Made by a program: the position numbers and the translations under genes
Notes under the pieces: generated by a model
Database searches by the model: none
Told to the model about the DNA's origin: nothing
What the model saw: the letters and a program-made list of their open reading frames with translations, nothing else
Part shown: positions 7,201 through 18,400 of the stretch, in pieces
Position numbering within the stretch: position 1 is the first letter of the stretch
How the letters are laid out: every line of letters starts with the position of its first letter
NCBI GenBank assembly: GCA_944326535.1
Contig: CALVEJ010000102.1
Location: forward strand, 1,231 to 65,230
DNA: 64,000 nt
Direction of reading: 5' to 3'
From: Candidatus Gastranaerophilales bacterium
GTDB lineage: Bacteria; Cyanobacteriota; Vampirovibrionia; Gastranaerophilales; Gastranaerophilaceae

Positions 7201-7292
7201 ACCTCGGAAGCAATTTCTGGAACCAAGGAAGAACTGAAGAGATTAAAGATCGCTACGTTCATCTTGGTGAAACAGAAAAGATGGAATTATGA
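4242..7292 (+). CDS. nrdD: Anaerobic ribonucleoside-triphosphate reductase (class III), interrupted by an intein
   Basis: N-terminal ATP-cone (VIKRDG..FR..KI), HLHDMD..NC|CLVNLEDI, C-terminal Zn ribbon CQVCG..CQYCGN and glycyl-radical motif RRTCGYLGS. The extein length of about 724 aa is typical for NrdD. Confidence 0.95.
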   Translation: MQVIKRDGTKVPFRTRKIENAIRKAGWVDGATVKNISRTIMEKAEQFGELSVETIQDLVEDLLMQSDYKKVAKEYIRYRKVREMIRNSEKVNESILRLIDDKNEYLATENSNKNHRLGSTQRDYIAGEVSKDISLRLLMPKEAVEAHKKGIIHLHDMDYFIQHMFNCFSSATRFVTDTGVRAFKDCFDGEEVTVLDRDGQWQKAIVRKYGKQSMQYVTLQSGRTTKVVKCTPNHRWILKDGSVTTSLKEGDRLFCLQDSTYVPPELNEYFCLGFILGDGSDASADNRKYWQLRLCNEKIKYKDVFLKNGFAISGTSDNDVHLLKRTKISKQDFLTYKMWNLLRHEDLIQLFHGLYAADGAKDRNFIATSDERLVELIQDISAVAGYHITRCNLHYRDTNFKKGAKLYEIGLMKSQPANRNWVVKKIELDKHTDAYDAWCVEEPVTHTFTLDGGIVTGNCCLVNLEDILQNGTVINGTMIEKPHSFSTACNIATQVAAIIASNQYGGQTMSLAHLAPFVEVSRQKIKQEAIADGLAVSLNEAALNEYIESQVKREIARGVQMIQYQINTLNSSNGQTPFITIWAYLNEAKNQQEKEDLALIIEEVFKQRIQGVKNEVGQWVSPAFPKIIYALEEDNCKKGTEYWWLTELAAKCTAKRLVPDYISEKKMIELKGACFPSMGCRSFLSPWKDKDGKLKFYGRFNQGVVTLNLPYIALLAWEDAKIVDEDIVDIFWDVLDKYAEIAHTALQARHARLLNTPVETSPLHWMHGAIARLPKGSNFNELLFGGYSTISLGYAGIYETVKVLIGQSHTTPDGNRLALQILKKLNDYCDKWKAEENIGYSVYGSPIESTTYKFAQAIQRNFGTIPDISDHGYITNSYHVNVREKIDPFTKLKIESDFQALSQGGCISYIETANLQNNIPAVLEVIKFIYDNIMYAELNTKSDFCQVCGSTDEIKIVEDNGKLVWECQYCGNRDQSKMNVTRRTCGYLGSNFWNQGRTEEIKDRYVHLGETEKMEL
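4740..5615 (+). mobile_element. Intein (292 aa) with a LAGLIDADG homing endonuclease domain inside NrdD
   Basis: It begins CFSSATRFVTDTG (block A), has TPNH (block B) and two LAGLIDADG motifs (LGFILGDGS, LYAADGAKD), and ends ..HTFTLDGGIVTGN followed by +1 Cys. Removing it restores HMFN-CCLVNL. Confidence 0.85.
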
Positions 7293-7534
7293 GAGAAGAA
7301 ATTTTAGCAATGAGCCGATGGATGACTCTTTCGGAAACTGTTCCCTATATGTGTAACGGTGATCCGTTTGATCGTATGAAGGGTGAAGCCCTTCAACTTC
7401 AGATTCGTATGACTGCTCTGATTGAACGTATGAAGAAGGACGATGATCCTCTTCTCGGGATTCAGTACAGCTATATGAAGAAGTATTTTGACGTGCTTAT
7501 GGATAGAATGGAAAATATGGAAAATGTTGACTGA
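7289..7534 (+). CDS. Hypothetical protein
   Basis: ORF track entry that overlaps the nrdD stop. Confidence 0.5.
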   Translation: MREEILAMSRWMTLSETVPYMCNGDPFDRMKGEALQLQIRMTALIERMKKDDDPLLGIQYSYMKKYFDVLMDRMENMENVD

Positions 7535-8000
7535 TTGTCATATCTACGAAGTAGATAAATATGACGTTGGCAACGGTCCTGGTATAAGAACTACCGTCTG
7601 GGTTGCCGGATGTTCCCATCAATGTAAGGGTTGTCATAATCCTCAAACATGGAAATGGAACCAAGGTAAACCTTTAACGGTAGAGCTTATCGACAAAATT
7701 CTGAAGGCTTGCGAGGATCCTAAATGCTCCGGTCTGTCACTGTCAGGAGGTGATCCCTTATTTATTAAAAACAGGACAGGCATTACCGAACTCTGCAAGA
7801 CCTTCAGAACCAAGTTTGGTTCTACAAAGACCATCTGGATGTGGACTGGTTATCTGTATGAGGAAGTCAAAGATCTTCCCGTCATGCAATATGTCGATGT
7901 CTTGATAGATGGAAAATTCATGCTGGATCAGAAGGATATTTCTCTTCCTTACTCTGGATCCAGAAATCAAAAGGTTATTTATTTACATGCCGATATTTGA
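7524..8000 (+). CDS. nrdG: Anaerobic RNR activating enzyme (radical SAM)
   Basis: GNGPGIRTTVWVAGCSHQCKGCHNPQTW carries the CxxxCxxC cluster typical of NrdG. The internal Met at 7524 was chosen as start. Confidence 0.9.
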   Translation: MLTDCHIYEVDKYDVGNGPGIRTTVWVAGCSHQCKGCHNPQTWKWNQGKPLTVELIDKILKACEDPKCSGLSLSGGDPLFIKNRTGITELCKTFRTKFGSTKTIWMWTGYLYEEVKDLPVMQYVDVLIDGKFMLDQKDISLPYSGSRNQKVIYLHADI

Positions 8001-8457
8001 TACATGTGCTGAAACCAGCTCCTATTGTCTTCCCAAGCGCAGTACTTCATGCGCTGCCGGATATGATTTCTATGCTGCGGAAGACATTGAAATTCCTTCC
8101 TTTTGGTCATATCTCTGGAAGATGATCTGTCGAAAGGAATTTAAGCCTACGATTGTCTATACGAACATCAAGGCTAAGATGGCGAAGAATGAAGCTCTTT
8201 TGATCTTCAATCGTTCGTCCAATCCCAGTCGAGGGCTTCTTCTTGCCAATGGTGTCGGTGTCGTTGATTCCGACTACTATGGCAATGAAGATAATGACGG
8301 CAATATTGGTTTTCCCTTCTACAACATCTTCCCTTGGAAGGTGAAGATTTCTCGTGGTCAGAAGATCGGTCAAGGTGTCTTCGTTACCTTCAAGAAAACT
8401 GCTGATGATGTTGCCGAAGGTACTCGTACAGGCGGCTTTGGGTCTACAGGTAAATGA
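7987..8457 (+). CDS. dut: dUTP diphosphatase
   Basis: AAGYDFYA, GVGVVDSDYYG, GQKIGQGVF and C-terminal RTGGFGSTGK are the trimeric dUTPase motifs. The start was taken at the Met at 7987. Confidence 0.9.
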   Translation: MPIFDTCAETSSYCLPKRSTSCAAGYDFYAAEDIEIPSFWSYLWKMICRKEFKPTIVYTNIKAKMAKNEALLIFNRSSNPSRGLLLANGVGVVDSDYYGNEDNDGNIGFPFYNIFPWKVKISRGQKIGQGVFVTFKKTADDVAEGTRTGGFGSTGK

Positions 8458-8915
8458 ACCTGAAGCAAATTGGATTAGTTCTTGTATCCTGCGGAGTTAT
8501 ATACTTCGCAGGATATTTATCAGGATCTTCAGCTATAGAAACTGAGTATCAAGAAAAGATCATTGAACAGTTGATGAGAGAAAGAGCTTTGATCCAAGAG
8601 AATAAAATTAAAGAACAACGGTGGAGAGATGAAACCAGAGCATTGGAAGAAGAGTATCAAAAGAAGCTTGCTGATATTGAACATACCAATGCTGCTGTGC
8701 TTGACAGGTTGCGCAAGCAACTTGATGAACAGCGAGTTAAGTTGTCCTACTCCACCGGAACCTCCAACAAGTTTGATGAAAGAGCCAGAGAAGCCCAATT
8801 ATCAGAAAGAATTAAACATCTTGCTGAATTCTCTGAGCGATGCGCTAGAAGAGCAGACCAATTGATTATTCAAGTAGAAGGTCTTCAATCTTGGGTAAAG
8901 AAGACATATTATTGA
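8454..8915 (+). CDS. Inner-membrane spanin (Rz-like)
   Basis: N-terminal TM segment, long charged coiled coil and a C-terminal ..CARRADQLIIQVEGLQSWV block like Rz-family proteins. Confidence 0.7.
   Translation: MNLKQIGLVLVSCGVIYFAGYLSGSSAIETEYQEKIIEQLMRERALIQENKIKEQRWRDETRALEEEYQKKLADIEHTNAAVLDRLRKQLDEQRVKLSYSTGTSNKFDERAREAQLSERIKHLAEFSERCARRADQLIIQVEGLQSWVKKTYY
8629..8865 (+). CDS. Outer-membrane lipoprotein spanin (Rz1-like), embedded in the +1 frame of the Rz-like gene
   Basis: Signal peptide KKSIKRSLLILNIPMLLCLTG|C with a lipobox, then a Pro-rich mature part (CPTPPEPPTS). It lies entirely inside 8454-8915. Confidence 0.65.
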   Translation: MKPEHWKKSIKRSLLILNIPMLLCLTGCASNLMNSELSCPTPPEPPTSLMKEPEKPNYQKELNILLNSLSDALEEQTN

Positions 8916-8954
8916 TATAATTCACTTGTTTATTAACTACATAAACAAACTGAC

Positions 8955-9377
8955 ATGAAAGAAAAACCTTTTAATGAATTTCTTCTGGATCTAGTCAATT
9001 ACATGATTGATCAGGAAGAACAAGAAAAGAAGGATGAAGTAAAGGAAGAAGATCTTCCTGAAGGTATGACTAAAGAAGATCTTGGTCTTACCTTTGCTGA
9101 AGTTCTTATAGCTTTTGAAGCCGAAATTGCTGAAGGTGGACCGGTCACTCTCTGGGCCCAGCATATTGATATGCCTGAGAATGTCTTCCTTACTTACAAG
9201 TATGAAGTGGGTTGGGATGAAAAGGGTAATCAGTTCATCTATCCCAATATCATCCTTGGTTCAGAAACGGAAGAAGATCCCGAGTTTGATCTTGAGAACT
9301 ATCTTCTTGGTTATGGTTGGCATCTCTTCCGTCAGGAAGAAGATGAAGATGATGAGGAAAATGAAAATGGCGTGTAA
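8955..9377 (+). CDS. Acidic hypothetical protein
   Basis: ORF track entry with a Glu/Asp-rich N-terminus and C-terminal tail. Confidence 0.6.
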   Translation: MKEKPFNEFLLDLVNYMIDQEEQEKKDEVKEEDLPEGMTKEDLGLTFAEVLIAFEAEIAEGGPVTLWAQHIDMPENVFLTYKYEVGWDEKGNQFIYPNIILGSETEEDPEFDLENYLLGYGWHLFRQEEDEDDEENENGV

Positions 9378-9415
9378 GTCTAAGGGTAAGCGTCCTCCGA
9401 AGAAGTGAGGGTAAT

Positions 9416-9444
9416 AAAAAAGGAGCCTTTCGGCTCCTTTTTTA
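9416..9444. terminator. Bidirectional intrinsic terminator between the convergent blocks
   Basis: AAAAA-AGGAGCC-TTTC-GGCTCCT-TTTTT, with an A-run and a T-run flanking a GC stem. Confidence 0.75.
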
Positions 9445-12400
9445 TTAGACAAGCAATAGTCCGAAGAACAATGCCGCAGGATGCATAAGCAATCCTCTGA
9501 ACATCATGTCCCAAGTAAGAGAATAAGAAATATCTCCTGACAGGATCTTGGAGAGTAGATTTTCAGAAAGAGGTGTACCACCCAAGAGATTGGTAGGCAA
9601 TACACTTTCCATGATTGTACCCATGATGGTTCGAGATGGATTCAGATGCATCACCATAAGAGAAGCTGCAATCATACGGTATTTATAGGTTAAAAACCAA
9701 GTAAGCCCTGTACGATTCAACCAGTCTCTGGCTCTACCGGCAAGCTGGTCATAGTCCACAAAAAGTGTAGAGACCAAGTTACGAGCAATGCTATGGTCAA
9801 TAGGAACAGGACTGAACTTATTGGAATGTTCCGTAAGATACCAATACCCGGCGCACTTGGCTGCCCAGTCAGACATATTGACGATCTCGTTCATTGTCTG
9901 ATAGGTCATGGAGTTCTTGGTCATCAAAATGTTACTAACAGCAGTTTTGATTTGATCTCCCTTCCCTAAGGTATCCAGCATGGCATTGAATTTTTCATCA
10001 ATGACCGCTTTAGCATAGTTGGCACCTTCATATTCAGCACCTTCCGCACTGATGGTTGAGTATTCACCTTCTTTAATCAGACGATAGATAGGAAGATGTC
10101 TGATTTCCTTATCAATTTTCTTTGCTTGTTCCTGATAAGAAGCCTTCACCTTTGGATCAGTAGCATTATTTGCTTTGAACAGCAATTCTCTATGCTTCTT
10201 CACAAGTCTGTTGTACCTATTGGTAAAGACAACGGCATCGGTATAGTACTTGGCAATCATTGGAAGAGGCATACCAAAGACAAGCCACAGAAGAAGGGTA
10301 TTTGAAAGGGCATTCACCAAAGGAACAACACCTGATCGAATGACAATCGTATCTCTGGCATATGAGACAACGATGTTGAGAACTTCTTCAGCGCGCCCAA
10401 CTTTATAAAGAGCCTGCTTACCCAGAACAGCTTCCAAACACTTAACCATTTGCTTTTGCATGTTCTCCGGGAAGAAGAAACTGTTGTCCCAAAGATCCGT
10501 AAGCTTAGGACGAGGATACCCAAGATAGGTATTCACTTCGTCAGCTAAGAGATAGAGATGATCTCCAAAGTACTTCTTGATTTCTTGCTTGGTTCCCCAA
10601 TCAAGACGAGCCAAAGCCTTCTTGATATTGGGATCTTCTAAGCGAGTTACATCAATGAAGTTCTTCTTATAGTCTTCAGGAGCATTGTTGTACGTATCCC
10701 AAGCCATCTTGACGGCTTGTTTGTTGATGTCAAGAGCAGCAAGTTCTCGGTCCTGTCTGGTCTTCATCTGAGCCATGGCTGAAAAGAAGTCCACACCATC
10801 TTCAATGAGTGCTCTGTCTTCCGGCATAACGGAACGTTCATAGCCGATAACAAAGCCTTCATCGTCATAGATGGGAATCAGTCCATTGCCTGTAGCCTCC
10901 TTATCAAAGTTCTTGTAGATGTCTTCATAAAGAGACGAGTCTTGAACAATAGTACCTTCCATTTCATTGCGTGAAAGGTTCTTATGAAGCATTCCCTTAG
11001 AGGTTTGATTGATGCCTTGGAAGAGACCTTCCTGGTATTCCTGTTCCAGAGGATGCTTACAATACATACGAAAGACCGGTTCAGAAGGATCAATGTTGGA
11101 GTTCTGGTATCGACCCAGGTTTGTATATCCCTGTTTCTCATAGAACTTAACCTGATCTCTGGTTGCGTAGACAAGTCTTCCTGTAGCACTGGCTCCCTTA
11201 GGCATCCAACCAAAGAGATAGTTGTACGGATAGTACTTGTTCTTCGTTTGAGCAACTTTTCTCTCTTCCGCTTCCATGACTTCTTTGTACTGACGAATCA
11301 TGCTCAACATAGCATCCTTGTCAGTCTTAAAGAGATCCTGCATAAAGGATCTGTCGCCTTCAGTGAAGTTCTTGATAGAAAGAAGAGAAATCATTTGACC
11401 CAGAAGAGGAACAATTCCTTCCGGAGCTTCCACCATGGCTACTGAGGTTTCACCAAGAAGACGAGAAATAGCCTCGGGAGAAGTCAGAAGATTATGTCCA
11501 GCCTGACGATTGCCTGTCAGATAGTTGGCAAGCTGTCTGCATTTCTGGATGTAGAGATCACCATACTCAGAAGAAAGTTCCTTGATTTGGTTCCCTACTC
11601 TATCAATCTCAAGATCCAGTTCGCTTTCGTTGGTAAGAACCTTCTGAGCAACTTTTTCATCCAAAGTATGGATACCTGTTCTTAAGATGGTTCTATGAAG
11701 GAATCTCTTGAGATGAGTAGTAATCTTATGGTTTTTGAACTGCTTCTTAAGAAGCTCCGGATCCTCTTCAAGAGTATCCTTTCTCCATCTATCTAAGTAA
11801 CCTTTGACTCGCTTGAAGGAAACTTCTACATCAGTTAAAGAAGGTGTTCTACCATAGATGTCTTTAACTAAAGAAGCCACCTTGGTACTTTGAAACTGAT
11901 TTAGTCCTTTACGAATAGTTTCAGTAGTTTGGAAGTAACCAAGAATAGGATAATCATTGATGGTCTTGAACATCTCTCTTAAGTTTTCACCGAAGTCTTT
12001 ATTAAAGAGAGAGGTAAGACCGGCAATACCTTCTGCAAGTATCCTGTCTACAGACTTAAAGAAGTTTTTAGTATCCAAGTCAATATCAGTACCCTTTGCC
12101 AGCTGTTCTCCTTCTTCGAGAACAACCTTTAAGGAATCAGATATTGTCTTGTTATCTGCTAATTCCTTCGTCCATTTGGTAAGAATCTCATCAGACAGAT
12201 TACCTAAAGATTCTAAAGGATCTGTAATCTTAAGTTGTTTCTTAGTTGGTTCATTTATCTGAACCTTGCCAATAGCATTTGAAACACTATTTTGTGTTAG
12301 AGCCAAAGCTAAGAAGATAGCACTTTCCTTTGCTTCCGGATTGAAGGAATCTGGAAGTTCATTTGGCAAACGTTCATAGAAAGTTGAAGAACCATCCAAC

Positions 12401-15400
12401 AACTTATAGATTGCAACTGAATCATCAAGTTCCTCCTTAGTAGCAGCAATTGGGTCAGAGATAAAACTATATTCATTCAGTTTATCCATAAGTTCTTGCT
12501 GCATTCTAAACAGTAAGTATTCATCTTTCTGGGTCATAATCCCACGAGTCATGAATGCTACTACCGCATCAGCAAAATCTTCTGGATTCTCCAAGAAATT
12601 TTTTGCATGTGAAAGAATTAACTCTCTATAAGAGAGAATCTTAGCCAGTTCTTCCTTATATGCCTGTCCGACTTTTTGTTGGGAAAGATTCTTGCCCCAA
12701 TAAATGCCCTTCTGAGAAACAGTGTCGAAAAGGACTCTGGATCTGGTAATGTTTCTCAGCGCCTTAAAAAAATCTGATTTCCTAAAGAATCCCTTTCCTG
12801 GTTCCAGACTGGTTCCGGCACGAACGATATTCTTGGTAACAGATCTACGCTTTAAGCGATCATCAGGATTAATCTGCTGTTCAGCATTCACCAAGATGAG
12901 CGTATTGGTTCCCCAATAAGTGAGGAAATCAACCGGATCAGCAAAGTGCTCTCTATAGGCTTGATCAAAGGAAAGAGCTTTATCCGTTGGAGAATTCGTA
13001 ACAATACGAATAAGCTTCTTCCAAGCCTTCTGAGCTGCTGTAACAACTTGTTTAACAAGATCCCAGAAGCGCTTTCTATGCTGTTCCCCATCCTTCAACT
13101 GACGTTCTGCAATGGCATTCATCAGTCTGCCATTGGTACAGATATAAGCAATGGCTTCATCCATCCGTTCAGCAGGATCTTTAATTCCGGAAAGAATTTC
13201 ACGAAGTCGAACAATCTGCGGAGCAGGAGTCTTTCCTTGCCAAGCATCTTCATTCATGAAGTCTTCAAGAAGACGTTCCAGATTTTGGATGGCACTCTTC
13301 TGTTCATTCGTTAAAGAATCACTACCGTTGTAGTACATATGAAGCATGTATCCAACAGCAGCATGTGTGGCTTCATGAGCAATCAGTTCAGCGATTTCTG
13401 GTTGTCTTGCATCATAAATGGTACTTTCATCCAGAATATAGATACGAGATTCTCCGTTCTCCTGAACGTAGATGGCTTTTTGCTTAGGATTGGTGAACTT
13501 GTTTCTTACCTTGGCAGGAAGATTATTCTTGGATCCAGCAAAGAACACACGAGTATTCTCAGGAAGAATGGCTTGGATCTTGTTATAGAGAGATCTGTAG
13601 ACACCCTCGGGAGTCTTGTTTTTCCCGAGAGTATCAAAGGCATTCTTAATAATGTCTCGATCAACTTCTTGCAGTGCAGGCGATTTGTTCTGTGAAAAGA
13701 AAGGTTCTTTTTCAGTAACTTCAAAAAGATCCTTTAGCTCTTTATAGATACCATCATCAGTAAGCTCAAAGTATCCGGAATTACCTTCATTACGTCCGGT
13801 AAGACGATTTAACTTTTCGACTTGTTGATCTGTAAGTTTATACTTCTTAACAATCTCAGGAATAACCTCTTCTCTGGCAAGACGATTTAAGAAGCCAACC
13901 ATCATATCCTCAAAGTCTGCAAAGGCTTTAACTCCAGGAAGAGCGTTGTACTTAGCAAGAAGCTTTTCAGCCTTTGAGACAGAGATAGGATTCTTTTCCA
14001 AGTAAGCAACTTCAGGACCACTCATGTGTTGAATGGCTTTAGGAATCCTATTTAATGTTTCATGCTGGATCTCTTCATTCAAAACAACTGTAGCTAGTTC
14101 ATCAAAGAGATTGCGCAGATCATAAGTAAGTTGCGCCTTGATGTCTTTATCGTTTGTTTTGTAGTCTCGACTGTGAATACGTCCACCACGAGCCTCTTTA
14201 CGAAGAATGTTCATATCATCAATGAACGCCTTCGGAGAGAAGAAATCCTGGATAGAAGCATGAAGTCTCTTATAGGATTCAGTCTGTTCAGTCTTGTCTC
14301 CGCTTCGAACATCTCCGCTAAGAGTAGAACCGGAAAGAAAGTTGGCAACAGAAACAGTCACTGCTTCTATTGGATCCAGATTCTCAAGGTTCTTGTATCT
14401 CTTCTTGAGATCCTTACCTACTCGAACCAGCGTGTTCTCGACAACCTTAAAGGCAAGCTGTTTCTGTCCCAATGAAGAGGACTCATTTAACAGCGTAGCC
14501 ATGGTTTCCAGGTAACCGGGTGGAACATACACACCGTCAAAGACTTTCTTGGCACCCTTAAGTCCTTCACGAGCAAGAGCTGACATGAAGTACATGATGG
14601 TGGAAGCGTCACCCATAGCCTGAACGGTAAGAGGTGAACCGGATACACCGGAAGAAATGATCTTTGAATGAGAAGGATAGATAGACAGTCCTGTCTTAGA
14701 ATCCTTCACTAAAGTATTCTGATTGGTGATGTAATTTTCTTTTCGAACGAAGGCTGTGACACCGCTCGGGAAGTCATACCGAGGTGAAAACCTGTTGATA
14801 GTCTGCTGAACTTTATACAGTGCCTTCTGGGTCAGATTTCTAAAGTCTCCCCCTGCTTTGTTAAGTTCTTCCGTTTGAACACCTTGAGACACAATCGTAA
14901 GAATTTCACTGACTGTGGCAATAAGTTGAGCACCTCTCATAGCATCTTCACCCAGCACTTCAGTCACAGCTGAATGAGCAGGTTCACCAAAGACAGGAAT
15001 GAAAAGCTCTGTCAAGTGATCAATACCTGAAGGAGTCACTGTGAAGTTACGAATAGAGTCTTCTTCAATGAACTCATGCTCTTCCTTGTCATAGTGACCA
15101 ATCATCCCTCCTTGAGATTCAGCCTCACTGTCAATAGCCTCAGGAGCAGGATAGTTAGGAACAAGATGCTTTACTTCACTGGCAGGGATACTGTCTCTAA
15201 CAGAGAAAGCTCCTGTTCTTTTGTTATATGCAAAACGGAAGAGTTCTTTTAAGAGCTTAAGTTCTTCATTAACAGTCTTCTTCGATCTGCCATAAGCAAT
15301 ATCTTTAAGATCATTAGAAATATTCTGGTAGATGTCTGTTAAGAGCTGATCAACTAAGTTTCTACTGGATCCAGTAACAGCAGAACCATATGGAATGATG

Positions 15401-18400
15401 GTTGTAAGTACCTTAGACAGTTCTCTGTCAAAAGTAAGAGGATCACTGGTCTTAGCAAGACTAGCAGTTAAAACTTCTGTCTTACCGCTGGCAGCAGAGT
15501 AAGTTAACTTAATCGGATTAAAGGAAACCTTTCCTCTAAGACGATAGATCTCAATGATGTGATGAAGAACTGTAAGAAAGTGTTTTGCTTGTGCCTTCTC
15601 CGCAGCAGTCTTTTTACCTTTTAAGGTATTGATGGCATTCATCATGCGAAGCTTAATCTTTTCAGGAATAGCTTCTTTAGCCACTTCACTATGCAAGTCA
15701 TTACCGCCGGTACCCAAAACCTTACTAGCTAACGAATCTGCCGTAGAAGCTCCTTGAGTAGTAGCGTTGACGCCATAGAAGTTACCGGTTTTATAGGAAG
15801 TCTTCGCCCAGCGACGAGTAAAAGCTCCCATAGAAGAACCAAGGAAGGTATTGATGTTTGATGGACCGTCACTCTTACCGTCAATTTCCAAGGTTAAGTT
15901 GGAATGGAAGTTTCCATGATCGACCTCTGAAGCGTTCAAATAACGAACCACTTCGACCAAGCCATTGATGCCGTAAATGTCATTGACTTGTAAGCCGATA
16001 TCCTGCTTATTGGCAGCATCCATGACCTGCTGAACAATCTCGTCATAAGCGATGTATTCATTGCCCTTCTTTCGCAATTCAGGGGCAACACCCTGGATCA
16101 TCTGGTAGAAGTCGGCAAAGTCTTCGGTCTTTAGGAGACTCTTGACATGCTCAATAAAGGCATCAGCTTGTTTAAGAGATTCCTTAACAGACTTATCGCT
16201 AACCTTGGCTCCCAATGACTGAGCAAGAGCAAGTTTCCAGTCGGAAAGGACATTCTCGTCCTTTAGATTGATATTTGGATTGTCTGCATAACTGATGGCA
16301 ACACGGAGAATTTTGTTTCCTTGAGGTGTAGCAGCACCAATCTGCATCACACGACCACTACGAACTGCGGCATTGTCATAGAAGACAGGAACATCTTCGA
16401 CATTTCGATTGGTAGCCTCACCAACAATCGCAATTTCTTCCAGCTGTTCAAAAGCAAGACGAGCATTGATCTGTCTGCCCATCTCGCTTTCATAAGTATT
16501 ACCGTTGTACAACCCTCGATTAGAATCATTGGCTCCACCAATACCTAAGAATGGAGCATATGGAGCAACGTTTCGTTCTTCATAGTCAGCAGGATGCCCG
16601 GCAATACGGAAAAGATTGAAAAGCGGTCTGTCTACTCGCCCTTCCACCATATTCTCTCTACGAATGTTGGCTACAGCAGCAGGACGCAATCTTGCATTGA
16701 TATGCAACATGTAGGGCACAGCTTCAAAGGCTCTGTCTGACCAGGTGTTCTTATAGTTTGGATCCAGAAGGGCTTCAAGAATATCTCCCTTGGCTCTAAA
16801 TAGATCCTTATATGCCTTATCAACACTGACACCCTTGATGCTTTCACCTGATTCGGTACCGTCGTCCATCTTGATCGGGAAGTCCCGAACATGAAGAGCA
16901 CCTTGATTAATCAAAGCTCTTGCTGTTCTGAGAGCCAGGAAGCCAAGAATTTCACTGTACTCCTTCTCGGTTGCATCGTTGCTAATAGCTACTCCAAGCA
17001 TCTTACGGATACTTGTCATAATGGTCTGAGTTGCCATTGGTTCAATAACCTGAGAAAGAATGTTCTCACCCAAGGCTGCCCAGAGAGTCTCCGGATCATA
17101 ACCATACCTCTGCATTTCGGTTTCATTCAGCATATGAGGAATGTCACCGAGTCTGGCTAAAGACTGAATACTGGCAAGCAGACAGATTTCCGGAATATTT
17201 TTCTTAAACTTTTCAAGAATCTTTGAGTTAGTTTTTTCGAAAAAGTCTTTAACTGCTTGAGGAGTATCCTCATCAAACTCAAGAGAAAAATTGCTGTAGA
17301 AGAAAGGTGCAAAGGTACCCTTGGGATTAGTCATTCCCATAATCTGATCTGCCAAGGACCCATGCTTCATCAGGTAGTTAATTTCTTCATCCGGAGAAGA
17401 AACCTTTCCATTAAAGAAAGAGTCTGTGTTCTGATCCAGAGGAGAATGCTTTCTACGGATTCTTTTGCCTTTTTTATCTACTTCTTCTCTTGTATAGAGC
17501 TTTTCCGTGATGATGGCAGAGTTGGTAAATTTGTTCTCTCTGAAGAGGTTTTTAACGTTATTAGGATCTTTGATGAAGTCTCTGAGAGCCTGAACAGGAG
17601 ATTCAGCATCCCACAAAAGAAGAGGACGCTTAACAGGAACAATGAGAGAAGACAGAAACTCTCCCATAACTTCCTTAAAACGCTGTATTACATTTGCGGG
17701 AGCATAAGGTTTTGCTTGTCTATCCGTTGAATCCCAGAAGTACCCTTGTTTCTCAAGAAGAGTAGGATCCAGTGTCTCAGCATGACGAGTAGGAGCAAAA
17801 CCAAGACCTCTTTCAAGAGCTTGTCTTACAATGTCTCGTTTCTCTTCTTGAGTAGTTCCTTCCCAGTTATAAGTATCACGCTCATCTTCTGTGAGAGGAA
17901 TATTTACACCATTCCCATAGATAATGCCATTATTTACTTCTACTGGAGCCACTCTATTATCGCTAAGCTTTACATTAAACACATCCCCAGTAGAACGAGC
18001 CAAAGCTTTATTTATTCTCTGTTGTGCTGCTGTACTGTCTTCTGTAGAAGCATTTTGGTTCAACAGGGTATTTGCTATTTCCTTGGGAACCTTAAAAGTT
18101 TTCCCATTGCGTTCAATATAGATATCGCCATTCTTTCTATAGCTGAATGCTTTACTGCCATCACTGGCCAAACCTGCCTCTTGTTCAGGATTTGCTTTAA
18201 TTTCTTCAGAAGCTACTTGTTCAAAGCTTTCAGTGAAACCAACAGCATCGAAATCTTTATCTGTAAAACCTGCAACTTCTGTAATAGAAATTGGATTATT
18301 AGATGTTTGAGCAGAAAACTGAGACTGTTCTGTCGTAGGTTCTGCCGTAGAAGTTTCTTCGGAAGATTCAGTAGCAATAGATTTATTCTCCTGGTTCAAA

